Source: Candidatus Latescibacterota bacterium
GTDB lineage: Bacteria; Latescibacterota; UBA2968; UBA8231
NCBI GenBank assembly: GCA_965243025.1
Contig: CBDETY010000003.1
Location: 5,504,001-5,568,000, forward strand
Length of the DNA: 64,000 bases
Reading direction: 5' to 3'
Shown: positions 19,880 to 31,247 of the stretch, in pieces
How positions within the stretch are numbered: position 1 is the first letter of the stretch
Layout: every line of letters starts with the position of its first letter
Program-made: the position numbers and the translations under genes
Notes under the pieces: generated by a model
Seen by the model: the letters and a program-made list of their open reading frames with translations, nothing else
Told to the model about the DNA's origin: nothing
Databases searched by the model: none

Positions 19880-19911
19880 TATCACTGTATCGTAATACCG
19901 ATACAGTGATA
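19880..19911. promoter_or_regulatory. YtrA-type operator palindrome
   Basis: Perfect 13-bp inverted repeat TATCACTGTATCG-taatac-CGATACAGTGATA upstream of the GntR-ABC operon; TGTAT-N10-ATACA core resembles YtrA-family sites. Confidence 0.82.
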
Positions 19912-20016
19912 TTGTACGGGTCTTCCTGGCGTCCGCGCAAGCACTATTTGAGAGAAATCAGGAGAGAGGATGTCCGGATATCAGGCACCCCGGCCGGCGG
20001 GCTTTTTACAGCGGCC

Positions 20017-20052
20017 AAAAAAAAAGCGGGCCGGATTCAGGATCCGGCCCGC
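20017..20052 (-). terminator. Rho-independent terminator of the TonB receptor gene
   Basis: GCGGGCCGGAT/ATCCGGCCCGC 11-bp stem with A9 on the plus strand (U9 on minus), about 30 bp past the stop. Confidence 0.9.
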
Positions 20053-20084
20053 CGATATCAACCTCTATTGTATAACCAGAACTG

Positions 20085-22715
<2,631 letters not shown>

Positions 22716-23319
22716 CGGATCAAATCCTCCCGTTTTGTGGTGGGGGTGATGGGTTTCTTGTTTTACCGAAGACCAATTCAAGCAGAACCCGGCCTCATCC
22801 GGGGTCCCACTTTTCAGAATCTGCCCCTCGAGGCTTGGCGTTTGGCGAGCGCATATGCGGTTTCCCGGAGAATCCCGGGACATTCTTGCCGAGCCGTACC
22901 AGCGAGCCGTGCGAGGATGCCCAATCCGCAACCGTTCTCCACATTGGTCGAACTATCCAGGCTGTCGATGGGAAGAATGGAGGTATAGCAGGCCGGGTTG
23001 TCAGGTCAGGTCCGGACCTTCACAGCAAGCTGATGGGATCACCTTCTCGCCCGGGTGACCTTCTGGAGCATTTCGGACCTGGCTCCCGGGATTGAGGCAG
23101 GCTGTTCCTGTCAATATAGAGAAGGTCCGTACGAGAAGGGAATTTTTTTCTTGCAGATTCGGCCCGGCCCGCAAGCGGCTGCGGCTCTCCGGTGGTGGAG
23201 GGCGGAAGTTCCGCAGTTTTCGCTGAATCGAGGGAAGCACCCGCGGGCGCCCGATGCCGGAGGAATGGTGTCTGCCGGCATCGGGCGCTTTTTCGGGCTC
23301 ACGGGAAATCGCCGGGGGT

Positions 23320-25617
23320 TCAGCGCAGCAGCATCATGCGCCGGTGCACGGCCCAGCCGCCGGTCTGCAGGCTGTACACGTACACCCCGCTGGCCACCGG
23401 CCGTCCGTACTGATCGCGGCCGTCCCAGGTGATGCGGTGCTCGCCGGCCCCGGGGACGTCGGCGTGCAGCACGCGCACGACCTGGCCGGAGAGGTTGTAG
23501 ATGCGCAGGCGGATCTCCTCGCCCGCCAGCGAAGCCGGCACTTGGAAGGGGATCACAGTGGAGGCGTTGAACGGGTTCGGCGCGTTCTGCTGCAGGACAG
23601 GACGGCCGGGTTGCCCGGCCGAGCGGACTTCCCAGGCCCGCTCTTCCACCACCACCAGCATGTCCTCGCCCAGCAGGGCGAAGTCCTCCAGCTCCTCCGG
23701 CTGTCCCGGAAGGCCTTCGTACAGCTCCCTCGGCATGCCGGGCTGGTAGGCGACGTCGACCCAGACCTCGTCCTCGAGGACGAAGTCGCGGCCCAGCCAG
23801 TAGGCTTTCGGGCGGGTGTCGTTGGCCGCGGTGGCAAACACTTCGTCACCATCCTCCCCGCGGTCCCCCGGTTGCGGGTTGACCTCCACCCCCTCGTCCG
23901 GGGCGAACAGCGAGGTTCGCCGGGTCACCAGCCGGTAGTCCAGGCCCAGCGCCAGGATGTCGTCGAGCAGCTCCTGCTGGGACCCGAAACGGGCGATCTG
24001 CTCCTCGAGAGCCTGCACCTTCTGGTGGGCCCAGAGCCGCGGAATCAGATCTCCCGAAACGTCGGTCCGGGTGAACTCCAGCGGAAAGTCCAGGGAAACG
24101 GTTTCCTCTCCCATCTGGCCGGTGACGCTCAAGGTGAACTGGCCCCCGTCCCGGTAGCGGCCCACCTGAAACAGCTCCCGGCCGGCTGCCAGGGCTTCCA
24201 CCCCGCGCGGGTGCACGTCGTGGATCTCCACGTCGCCGAAGGACAGCTCCTCGAGCAGCAGCACGGGGAAGGTGAAGGACTCGAAAAGGTCGCGGAGCGC
24301 CGTCTCGATATCCCCTTCGTCCGACAGGAAAAACGCCTCGCCCCGGTGGTCTTCGGCGAGGCCGGCCAGAAACCCCTGGTCGACGTCGTTGCCGACGCCG
24401 ATGGTGAACAGGCGGGCCCGGCCGTCGGACCACCGGCCCACCAGGTCGCTCAGGGGCTCCAGTTCGACCTCGCCGAGGTTGGGCAGGCCATCGGTAAGGA
24501 AGATGACGTGGTTGACCCGCCCGGACGGGAAGGCCTGCTGCATGGCGCGGCCGAGTCCCGCCTCGAAATTGCTCACACCCAGGGCGTCCTGGCGGTTAAT
24601 GAAAGCGGTGGCAGCCTCCTTGTTGTTCCGGTTGGCAGGCACCGGGGCGGCTGCATAGGAGTCGGCCCGGTGGCTGAAGACGACGATGTTGAACAGGTCC
24701 GCTTCTTCCAGTCCCGCGATCGCCGCGGCAAGAGCCCCTTTCACCGCCTGCAGCTTGCCCCGCTGCATGCTCGAGGAGATGTCGATGACGAAGGTCAGGC
24801 TGCGCGGCAGGGGATCGTCCAGGGTCAGTTCCGGAAGGGGCGGCAGCCACAGGGCGTAGTACCCGAGGGCTTCGTCTCCCTCCGGGGCGAAGCTGAGAAC
24901 CGTCGGCTCGAGCAGGTCCCCGGTCTGTCGGATGGTCAGAGTGAAGTCCTCACGGGGAGAGATCTCCTCGTCTCCGAAAAAGACGTTGGCGCGGTAGTCA
25001 TCCGGGCGGTCGATGTCGGTGAGGCGCGGAAGCCCCGAGGTCGTCACCTGAAAGGGGTGCTGGCTTCTCACACTTGCCCGCAGCACGAACAGCTCCATCA
25101 GCAGGGCCTGTCCGGTCTCCGGCGCCAGCGGAAAGGTGTAGTCGAGACGGCCGTTTCGGGCTTCGAGCAGCTGCATGTACTCGAACTCGACGCGGCGGCT
25201 GCCGTTGGCCGGAAAGGGAAAGATGCTCAGGCGGAACTGGTTCGGGGTCACCTGCTCGATCAGGGCCGGGTCGACGCGCTGGCGCACGATGTCGTCGTAG
25301 ATCTGGCGCGCCTCTTCCTTCTCGAGAATGAGCCCCTGGATCCGCTTGTCTCCGATCCACAGCACCAGGTCGGTGATGATGGCGCCGTCCGGAAGGGTGA
25401 ACTCGTAGATCCCCTCGACCTCCCAGTCGGCGTGGTTGGTGAAGATCTGGTCGGTGCGGGTGCGGGCGATGCGCTCGTCGATCCTGACGTCGACCGTGGC
25501 CGAGGTCAGCTCGAGGTGCTGACGGCCGTCGTCACCGACGCCGGTGTACACGTAGCCGATGCCGAGGGCTGGAAGCGGGGACAGCAGGGCCAGGAGGAGC
25601 ATGAGTGGGGGTTTCAT
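23320..25617 (-). CDS. Secreted VIT + vWA domain protein with C-terminal FlgD-Ig/T9SS-like domain
   Basis: VIT 'EGIYEFTLPDGA...A...YD.IVR...DPALIE', MIDAS DISSS...LTDG, C-terminal 'LQQNAPNPFNASTVIPF...WDGRDQYGRPVASGVY'. Confidence 0.9.
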   Translation of the reverse strand: MKPPLMLLLALLSPLPALGIGYVYTGVGDDGRQHLELTSATVDVRIDERIARTRTDQIFTNHADWEVEGIYEFTLPDGAIITDLVLWIGDKRIQGLILEKEEARQIYDDIVRQRVDPALIEQVTPNQFRLSIFPFPANGSRRVEFEYMQLLEARNGRLDYTFPLAPETGQALLMELFVLRASVRSQHPFQVTTSGLPRLTDIDRPDDYRANVFFGDEEISPREDFTLTIRQTGDLLEPTVLSFAPEGDEALGYYALWLPPLPELTLDDPLPRSLTFVIDISSSMQRGKLQAVKGALAAAIAGLEEADLFNIVVFSHRADSYAAAPVPANRNNKEAATAFINRQDALGVSNFEAGLGRAMQQAFPSGRVNHVIFLTDGLPNLGEVELEPLSDLVGRWSDGRARLFTIGVGNDVDQGFLAGLAEDHRGEAFFLSDEGDIETALRDLFESFTFPVLLLEELSFGDVEIHDVHPRGVEALAAGRELFQVGRYRDGGQFTLSVTGQMGEETVSLDFPLEFTRTDVSGDLIPRLWAHQKVQALEEQIARFGSQQELLDDILALGLDYRLVTRRTSLFAPDEGVEVNPQPGDRGEDGDEVFATAANDTRPKAYWLGRDFVLEDEVWVDVAYQPGMPRELYEGLPGQPEELEDFALLGEDMLVVVEERAWEVRSAGQPGRPVLQQNAPNPFNASTVIPFQVPASLAGEEIRLRIYNLSGQVVRVLHADVPGAGEHRITWDGRDQYGRPVASGVYVYSLQTGGWAVHRRMMLLR

Positions 25618-25680
25618 GTCGGGCTCCTTTCGCAGAGGGCGGAGAGAAAGAAGAGAGAAAGAGGAGAGAAAAGAAATGGT

Positions 25681-27408
25681 TTAGTAGTAGGTGACCTTGA
25701 CGCCTCGGGCCTTGAGGGCGGGGATTTGTTTGGTGGTGGCCTGATGGCTGAGGGGGTTCTTTTTCAATTCCACTTCATCGCCTTCGCCGAGACCGGGATT
25801 TGCGACCAGGGAAGCCACGTCTTCAATCCTGTTGTTTTCCAAATTAAGCCGGTTCAGACTGGTCAGGAAGACCAGCGGGCCCACATTGGCGATTTGGTTG
25901 TGGTCAAGCCTCAGCTCTCTCAGGTTTGCCAGGGAGGTCAACGAGCTCACATCCACGATCTGGTTGTGGTCCAGTCTCATATCTTCAAGGTTTGTCAAGG
26001 GAGCCAACGGGGTTACATCGGAAATTTGATTGGAGTGAAGATAGAGGTGGTTCAGGCTGGTCAGTGAGGCAAGGGAACTCAAATCGGTTATGGCGTTCTC
26101 ATCAATGGTCAGGTCAGTCAGGTTCGTTAGGGAAGCCAGGGGGCTTACATCGGCAATATGGTTGTGGCCCAGATTCAGCTTTTCCAGGTTGGTCAAGGAG
26201 GTCAGCGGATCCAGATCGATTTTCTCGATCCAGCGCAGATTCAGCCAACGCAGGTTGCTCAAGGAGGCTAGCGACCTTACATCGGCAATCGGGTTGAAAT
26301 CCAGGGTCAGGTCTGTCAAGTGGGTCAAGGAAGCCAGCGGGTTCACATCCGAAATTCCGTTGTGGGCAAGATACAGCTTTTCCAGATTGGTCAGGGAAGC
26401 AAGTGGGCTCACATCCGTTACCTGATTTACGCCCAGAACCAAAGTTTTCAAGTTGGTCAAGGAGGAAAGTGGGCTAACATCAACTATCGAGTTGGACGAC
26501 AGATCCAGCCGTTCCAGGGCCGCAAATTGTTCAAGGCCTGCAATACTGTGAATGCCATGCCTGCGGGCGCGGAGCTCGGACAGGGAAGTGACCTCCTCTT
26601 GAGTTATGAGGTTTAGAGGTCGCCCCAAAGCTTTCTGCACCACCATTTCCAGATTCGAGTCCTCGAAAAAACAGGTATAGAGGATCACATCTTTCAGTAG
26701 AGCAAGATTTCCGCCAAAATCAATTACTTGCACCTCAACGTCTACTTTCTTCTCCAGTGCAGTTGTTTCCTCATGGGGGTCATTCGTCGGGTAATGTAAC
26801 TGTTGCACGTAAGCCATCAGAGATTTCATGGCTTCCGGATGATCAATTTCTACCGCGAAAGAGATTCCTGTATCAAGTTGGACGGCGACTCGTCCGGGCT
26901 GCCCCTGCCAGCGGTCCTGGAGGAAGGCCACCACCGCCTTCCGGCCGATCAACCGGGTCGCCTTCACGGACTCCAACAGTACTTCGGCGGCCTGGTCAAT
27001 GTGCCAGTCGATGGGGATGAATCCCGCCACCTGGTGGCCTGATTTCCTGGGTTTAAGCACAAGCCGCAATGGGCTCCCCTCAGGCCTGGTCCAGAACAGT
27101 GACTCCCGGAGAAGGCCGTCCGGATCGACGCCCCGCAGTTCCACAAGGCTGTCCGGCCGGGCCTGGTATTCGATCTGCAGGCCGGACAGCGCCTGTCCCG
27201 ATTCATCCTCAAAATTCAACCACAGCCCCCGCGGATATTCCGGCGACTCGATCAGCACCCGGCCTTCTGCATTGCTCTGGGCCTGCGCCCACCCCGTGCT
27301 GTCGGTGCCCGCGGCATGCGGGAATTCTGTCTGCCCCGTTGCTGGTGGAACCCCGAGTGCAGGGAGCCCGATAAGAACTGCGGATCGAAGGATTGGCAGG
27401 TGCATCAT
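25681..27408 (-). CDS. Internalin-type leucine-rich repeat protein
   Basis: About 12 tandem 22-aa repeats 'L..L.L..N.I.DVSPL.SLTNL' with cap 'LVANPGLGEGDEVELKKNPLS'. Start uncertain (27423, 27408 or 27405). Confidence 0.88.
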   Translation of the reverse strand: MMHLPILRSAVLIGLPALGVPPATGQTEFPHAAGTDSTGWAQAQSNAEGRVLIESPEYPRGLWLNFEDESGQALSGLQIEYQARPDSLVELRGVDPDGLLRESLFWTRPEGSPLRLVLKPRKSGHQVAGFIPIDWHIDQAAEVLLESVKATRLIGRKAVVAFLQDRWQGQPGRVAVQLDTGISFAVEIDHPEAMKSLMAYVQQLHYPTNDPHEETTALEKKVDVEVQVIDFGGNLALLKDVILYTCFFEDSNLEMVVQKALGRPLNLITQEEVTSLSELRARRHGIHSIAGLEQFAALERLDLSSNSIVDVSPLSSLTNLKTLVLGVNQVTDVSPLASLTNLEKLYLAHNGISDVNPLASLTHLTDLTLDFNPIADVRSLASLSNLRWLNLRWIEKIDLDPLTSLTNLEKLNLGHNHIADVSPLASLTNLTDLTIDENAITDLSSLASLTSLNHLYLHSNQISDVTPLAPLTNLEDMRLDHNQIVDVSSLTSLANLRELRLDHNQIANVGPLVFLTSLNRLNLENNRIEDVASLVANPGLGEGDEVELKKNPLSHQATTKQIPALKARGVKVTYY

Positions 27409-27520
27409 GGGATGGCTATTCAACTGGGGAGCAGCCTGGGTTCGCTGCAGCGTTCCCGGATTTTAAAAAACAGGATTGCTCTCCAAACTTCCCGATCCTG
27501 GTTTCTTGAGAAGAAGCCGG

Positions 27521-28291
27521 TTATTCCCCGATCACCCTGGGGTGGTACTGGTTTCCACCCAGCAACTGCGTCTCCAGCTCCGAGGGGTTGTCGATTCTCG
27601 CGAGCTGGCTCCGCATGTCCTCCTGCGGAATGAACCACGGCATCAGGTACATCCCGAGAAGGCAGGACCTGGCCCTGCCGGTGCGGTTGGGCCGCGACGT
27701 GTGCCACCAGGCCCCGTGCGCCACCACCGCGGTGCCGCGGGTTCCGATCAGCATCTCCCCGTCCTCGCGCCAGCGGTCGGTCGGCGGTTCGGGCGGATGC
27801 CCCTTGCGGTGCGACCCGGGCACGACGCCGGTGGCCCCGTTCTCTTCGGTGAAGTCGTCGAGGAGCAACACCGTCTGGCCGGCGAAGTTGCCCGCGGGCC
27901 AGGGCGGCTGCAGCGACCAGTACGGATAGTCGGCGTGCCACCCGATCCCCTCGTGCCCGGGGTAGATGGTGTTCGCCGTCCAGGAGGAGCAGATGATGTC
28001 GTCGCCGAGGTAGCGCTTCCAGATCGACACGATCAGCGGGTGGCACATCAGCTCGAGGAAGACGGGATGCTTGTGGGCGATGCCGCCGACCCGCTGGTGC
28101 CTGGCCGCGCGCGCCCCGTCGTCGATCTCCGCTTCGAGGAACCCCTCGAGAACGGCGCGCGCCGCGTCCGCTTCTTCAGGCGAGATGACGTCCGCGAGAA
28201 TGCAGTAGCCGCGTTCGTCCATCTCGGCGATGACGGCATCGATGTCGACTGCGCTTGCTTCCCGCGGCGGCGCCGCAGTTTCGACTGTCAT
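27521..28291 (-). CDS. Phytanoyl-CoA dioxygenase (PhyH)-family Fe(II)/2OG oxygenase
   Basis: SD AGAGGAG before MTVETAAP; 'ERGYCILADVI', HxD motif WHADYP, 'DDFTEENGATGVVPGSH', distal WHT...R. Confidence 0.9.
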   Translation of the reverse strand: MTVETAAPPREASAVDIDAVIAEMDERGYCILADVISPEEADAARAVLEGFLEAEIDDGARAARHQRVGGIAHKHPVFLELMCHPLIVSIWKRYLGDDIICSSWTANTIYPGHEGIGWHADYPYWSLQPPWPAGNFAGQTVLLLDDFTEENGATGVVPGSHRKGHPPEPPTDRWREDGEMLIGTRGTAVVAHGAWWHTSRPNRTGRARSCLLGMYLMPWFIPQEDMRSQLARIDNPSELETQLLGGNQYHPRVIGE

Positions 28292-28560
28292 GGGGTCTGC
28301 TCCTCTCCGTGTGTCGCTGGTTTTGCCAATATAGTCAGATGAAGGGAGTCGGCCACTGCCGGTCCCGCTTTCTGCAGGGTCTTCCGGGGGCTGGATTCGG
28401 GCATCGGGGAAGGCCGAACTCTCCGAAGCCCCGGGCATTCGGCACATCGAATCCGTCCTCCATACGGCAACGCTGTTTGCCCTTGTGTACCAACTGTGGA
28501 CCGGTCTCGCGCGGGGGCGCCGTCGATCCTATCCTTGCGGTGACTCAAAGGAGCGGATCG

Positions 28561-29325
28561 ATGGCCGGCATGACGACAGAAGAGAGGTTCCAGTTCGACC
28601 TGCAGGGATACCTGGTAGTCCGGGGGGTGCTGACCCCCGGGGAAGTCGCCGGGCTCAACGAGCTGGCCGACGAGGCCTGGCCCGGGGAACACGACGAGAC
28701 CGGCCTGCGCCGCGCCTCCCATGTCTCGCGGTGGGGCCCGCAGTTCCGCGACCTGATCGACCACCCCGGCATCGTTCCCTACCTGGTCGAGCTGATGGGG
28801 CCGAAGTTCCGCATCGACCACGACTACTGCATGTTCATGCGCCGCGGCACCTCGCGCAGCCGGCTGCACGGGGGGCCGTCGCCGCAGTGCTACGAGGGCG
28901 ACCACTGGTACCGCTTCTATCCCGACGGCACGATCCGCAACGGCCTGACGGTCTTCACCTGGAACCTGGCCGACTGCAACCCCGGGGACGGCGGTTTCGC
29001 CTGCGTTCCGGGCAGCCACAAGACCAACCTGCGGGCGGCCATGCCGGAAGAGGTGCTCGGCTTCGAGCGCCCCGCCCATTACGTCAGGCAGCCGGAGGTC
29101 AGGGCGGGGGACGTCGTAATCTTCACCGAGGCGCTGGTGCACGGCACCCTTCCCTGGGACGCCGACCACGAGCGCCGGGCCCTGCTCTACAAGTACAGCC
29201 CCGGGCATTCCTCCTGGAGCGGCACCTACTACGACCCCGCTGATTATCCGGGCGCCACCGAGCAGCAGATCCGCATCATGGCGCCCCCTTCGGTCGGCCA
29301 GCGGCCCGACTCGGTGCAGGCGTAG
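28561..29325 (+). CDS. PhyH-family Fe(II)/2OG enzyme with HxG in place of HxD/E
   Basis: SD AAGGAG before ATG 28561; 'FDLQGYLVVRGVL', 'RLHGGP', 'GGFACVPGSHK', 'AGDVVIFTEALVHGT'. Confidence 0.88.
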   Translation: MAGMTTEERFQFDLQGYLVVRGVLTPGEVAGLNELADEAWPGEHDETGLRRASHVSRWGPQFRDLIDHPGIVPYLVELMGPKFRIDHDYCMFMRRGTSRSRLHGGPSPQCYEGDHWYRFYPDGTIRNGLTVFTWNLADCNPGDGGFACVPGSHKTNLRAAMPEEVLGFERPAHYVRQPEVRAGDVVIFTEALVHGTLPWDADHERRALLYKYSPGHSSWSGTYYDPADYPGATEQQIRIMAPPSVGQRPDSVQA

Positions 29326-29341
29326 CGGCTCCCCAACTCCT

Positions 29342-30496
29342 TCAGGGCTCGATGGTGTAGCGGGCCACCGCGTCCTCGTCCAGATCGATACCCAACCCCG
29401 GACCCTCCGGGACCGCGGCGAACCCCCCTTCAACCGCCACCTGCGAGCTGGCCAGCTCCGTCATCATCGGGCTCGGCCTGTCGACGCGGACACCCCCCCA
29501 TTCCCGGCGGGTGATCGGGTACTCGCACAGGAACCCCTGCGGCATCGCCGCCACGAGGTGAATGCTGGCGGCGAAGTTGACCGCCGTGCCCCAGTTGTGC
29601 GGCACCACCGGGATGTTCGCCAGCCTCGCCATCTCGGCGATCCGCCGTCCCTCGGTCAGCCCACCCACCCAGGACAGGTCGGGCTGCAGCAGGTCGACAA
29701 CGCGCCGCTCGATCAGGTCCCGGAAGGCGAACGCCGTCAGGTCGGACTCCCCGGCGGCGATGCGGACGCTGGTGCGGGCGGTGAGGGCGGCCATGTTCTC
29801 CGCGTCGTCGGCGCTCGACAGCGGCTCCTCCCACCAGTAGATGCCGGCCCCCGAGTCCTCGATCATGCGCGCCGTCTGCACCGCCTCTGCGAGGCTCTCG
29901 GGACGGCCGAGGTCGAGCATGAGATCGACCTCCTCGCCGGCGATGGCGCGCAGCTCCCGCAGGATGGCGGCGTCGCGCGCCGGCTTGCGGCCGAAGTCCG
30001 GCCAGCCGTGGAACTTGAGCGCGCCGTACCCCTGGCTGACGTACTCCCTGGTATCGGAAAAAGCCTGGTCCGGGGCGTCGGGCTCGACCCAGATGCTGCT
30101 GACGTACACCTTGACCCGCTCCCGGAACCGGCCCCCCAGCAGGTCGCACAGGGGGATGTCCAGCGTGCGCGCCGCGGCGTCGTGGACGGCCATGTCGATG
30201 CCGCTGACCGCGTGGATCATCATCCCGCGGCGGTCGTAGAGGCGGCGGCAGGCGTCGTACATCCGCTCCCAGACGACGCTGGTCGCCAGCACTTCCTGAC
30301 CGACGGCCTCCTGCGCCAGCCGGCGGTCGATCAGCTCGCCCGCGGCGAAAACGCCGCCCCCGAAGCGGTCGGAGACGAAGCACTCCCCGAGGCCTTCGAT
30401 CCCCTCCTCGGTGCGCACCCGCACCAGCACCCAGCCTCCGTGAGGATACTCGTACGACTTCAGAACTCGAGCGGTGACTTCCGCAATCCTGGGCAT
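29342..30496 (-). CDS. Mandelate racemase/muconate-lactonizing enzyme (enolase superfamily)
   Basis: SD GGAGG before MPRIAEV; 'VRVRTEEGIEGLGE', 'SGIDMAVHD', 'LMLD', 'WWEEP', 'AAGE', 'LQPD', 'VPH', 'GPGLGIDLD'. Confidence 0.92.
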   Translation of the reverse strand: MPRIAEVTARVLKSYEYPHGGWVLVRVRTEEGIEGLGECFVSDRFGGGVFAAGELIDRRLAQEAVGQEVLATSVVWERMYDACRRLYDRRGMMIHAVSGIDMAVHDAAARTLDIPLCDLLGGRFRERVKVYVSSIWVEPDAPDQAFSDTREYVSQGYGALKFHGWPDFGRKPARDAAILRELRAIAGEEVDLMLDLGRPESLAEAVQTARMIEDSGAGIYWWEEPLSSADDAENMAALTARTSVRIAAGESDLTAFAFRDLIERRVVDLLQPDLSWVGGLTEGRRIAEMARLANIPVVPHNWGTAVNFAASIHLVAAMPQGFLCEYPITRREWGGVRVDRPSPMMTELASSQVAVEGGFAAVPEGPGLGIDLDEDAVARYTIEP

Positions 30497-30755
30497 GCGA
30501 TCCTCCGGTTTCTTTCGATTGACAGCGATCTGGCCTCCCGTCACCTTCACCGCTCCCCGGTCGTAGATACCCCGGCGAGGCGGTGACCGCGGTTCGGAAA
30601 GGCGGCCGGCCGGGGCGGGGAACCCTGCAGGAAGCGCGACGTTGAATCCTGAACGCTGTTCGCGCCTCCCAACAGATACCCAACGGGTCCGCGGACGCAA
30701 GGAAACGGGCCCGGACCAATAAAAACCGGCGTTTCAAGCAAAAATGGAGGTTCAA

Positions 30756-31052
30756 GTGCCGGACAGAACCGTCAGTGATGAAGTCGGGTCGAAGCTGCTG
30801 TTCGAAAACGACCGCGTGCGGGTATGGGACCTGCGCATCGATCCGGGCGAGAGCACCGGCCTGCACCGCCACACCAGGGATTACCTGTATGTCGTGATCG
30901 GGGGCGGCAGCCTGAAAGGGCCCGGAGGCGACCCGAGGGAGATGGCCGACGGCGAGGTGGTCTTCCGGGAAATCCCCGGCGAGGAGATCCACGAGGCGTT
31001 CAACGCCGGCGACAGGCCCTGGCGGAACATCATCGTCGAGTTGAAGGACTGA
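30756..31052 (+). CDS. Cupin-domain protein
   Basis: SD GGAGG before GTG 30756; 'LLFENDRVRVWDL...PGE...LHRH..DY...HEAFN.G...IIVELK'. Confidence 0.85.
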   Translation: MPDRTVSDEVGSKLLFENDRVRVWDLRIDPGESTGLHRHTRDYLYVVIGGGSLKGPGGDPREMADGEVVFREIPGEEIHEAFNAGDRPWRNIIVELKD

Positions 31053-31247
31053 CCCCTTCGCGGGGCTTCCCCCCTCGCGCCGCACCGTTCCCCATATTCG
31101 CGATTCTCCCCGTCAATCCGGGGCGGGCCCCGGTGCGTTCCGGTCCGGCTCCCGGCTTCGAAAAACACCCCTTGGTCTCACTTGCAGTCCGGGTGGTCGA
31201 GGCAGTTTCCGGCATTCCCAGTCCATCATCCTCCCTAACCGGGAAAA

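Noticed and set aside
22887-22901. Possible sigma-54 promoter TGGTACGGCTCGGCA on the minus strand upstream of the TonB receptor
   Set aside because: GG-to-GC spacing is one base short and the TT before GC is missing; sigma-54 spacing is strict.
23002-23030. CAGGTCAGGTCCGGA resembles SRP (4.5S) RNA domain IV
   Set aside because: The required 3' half (AGGAAGCAGCC) is absent on both strands, so the conserved helix cannot form.
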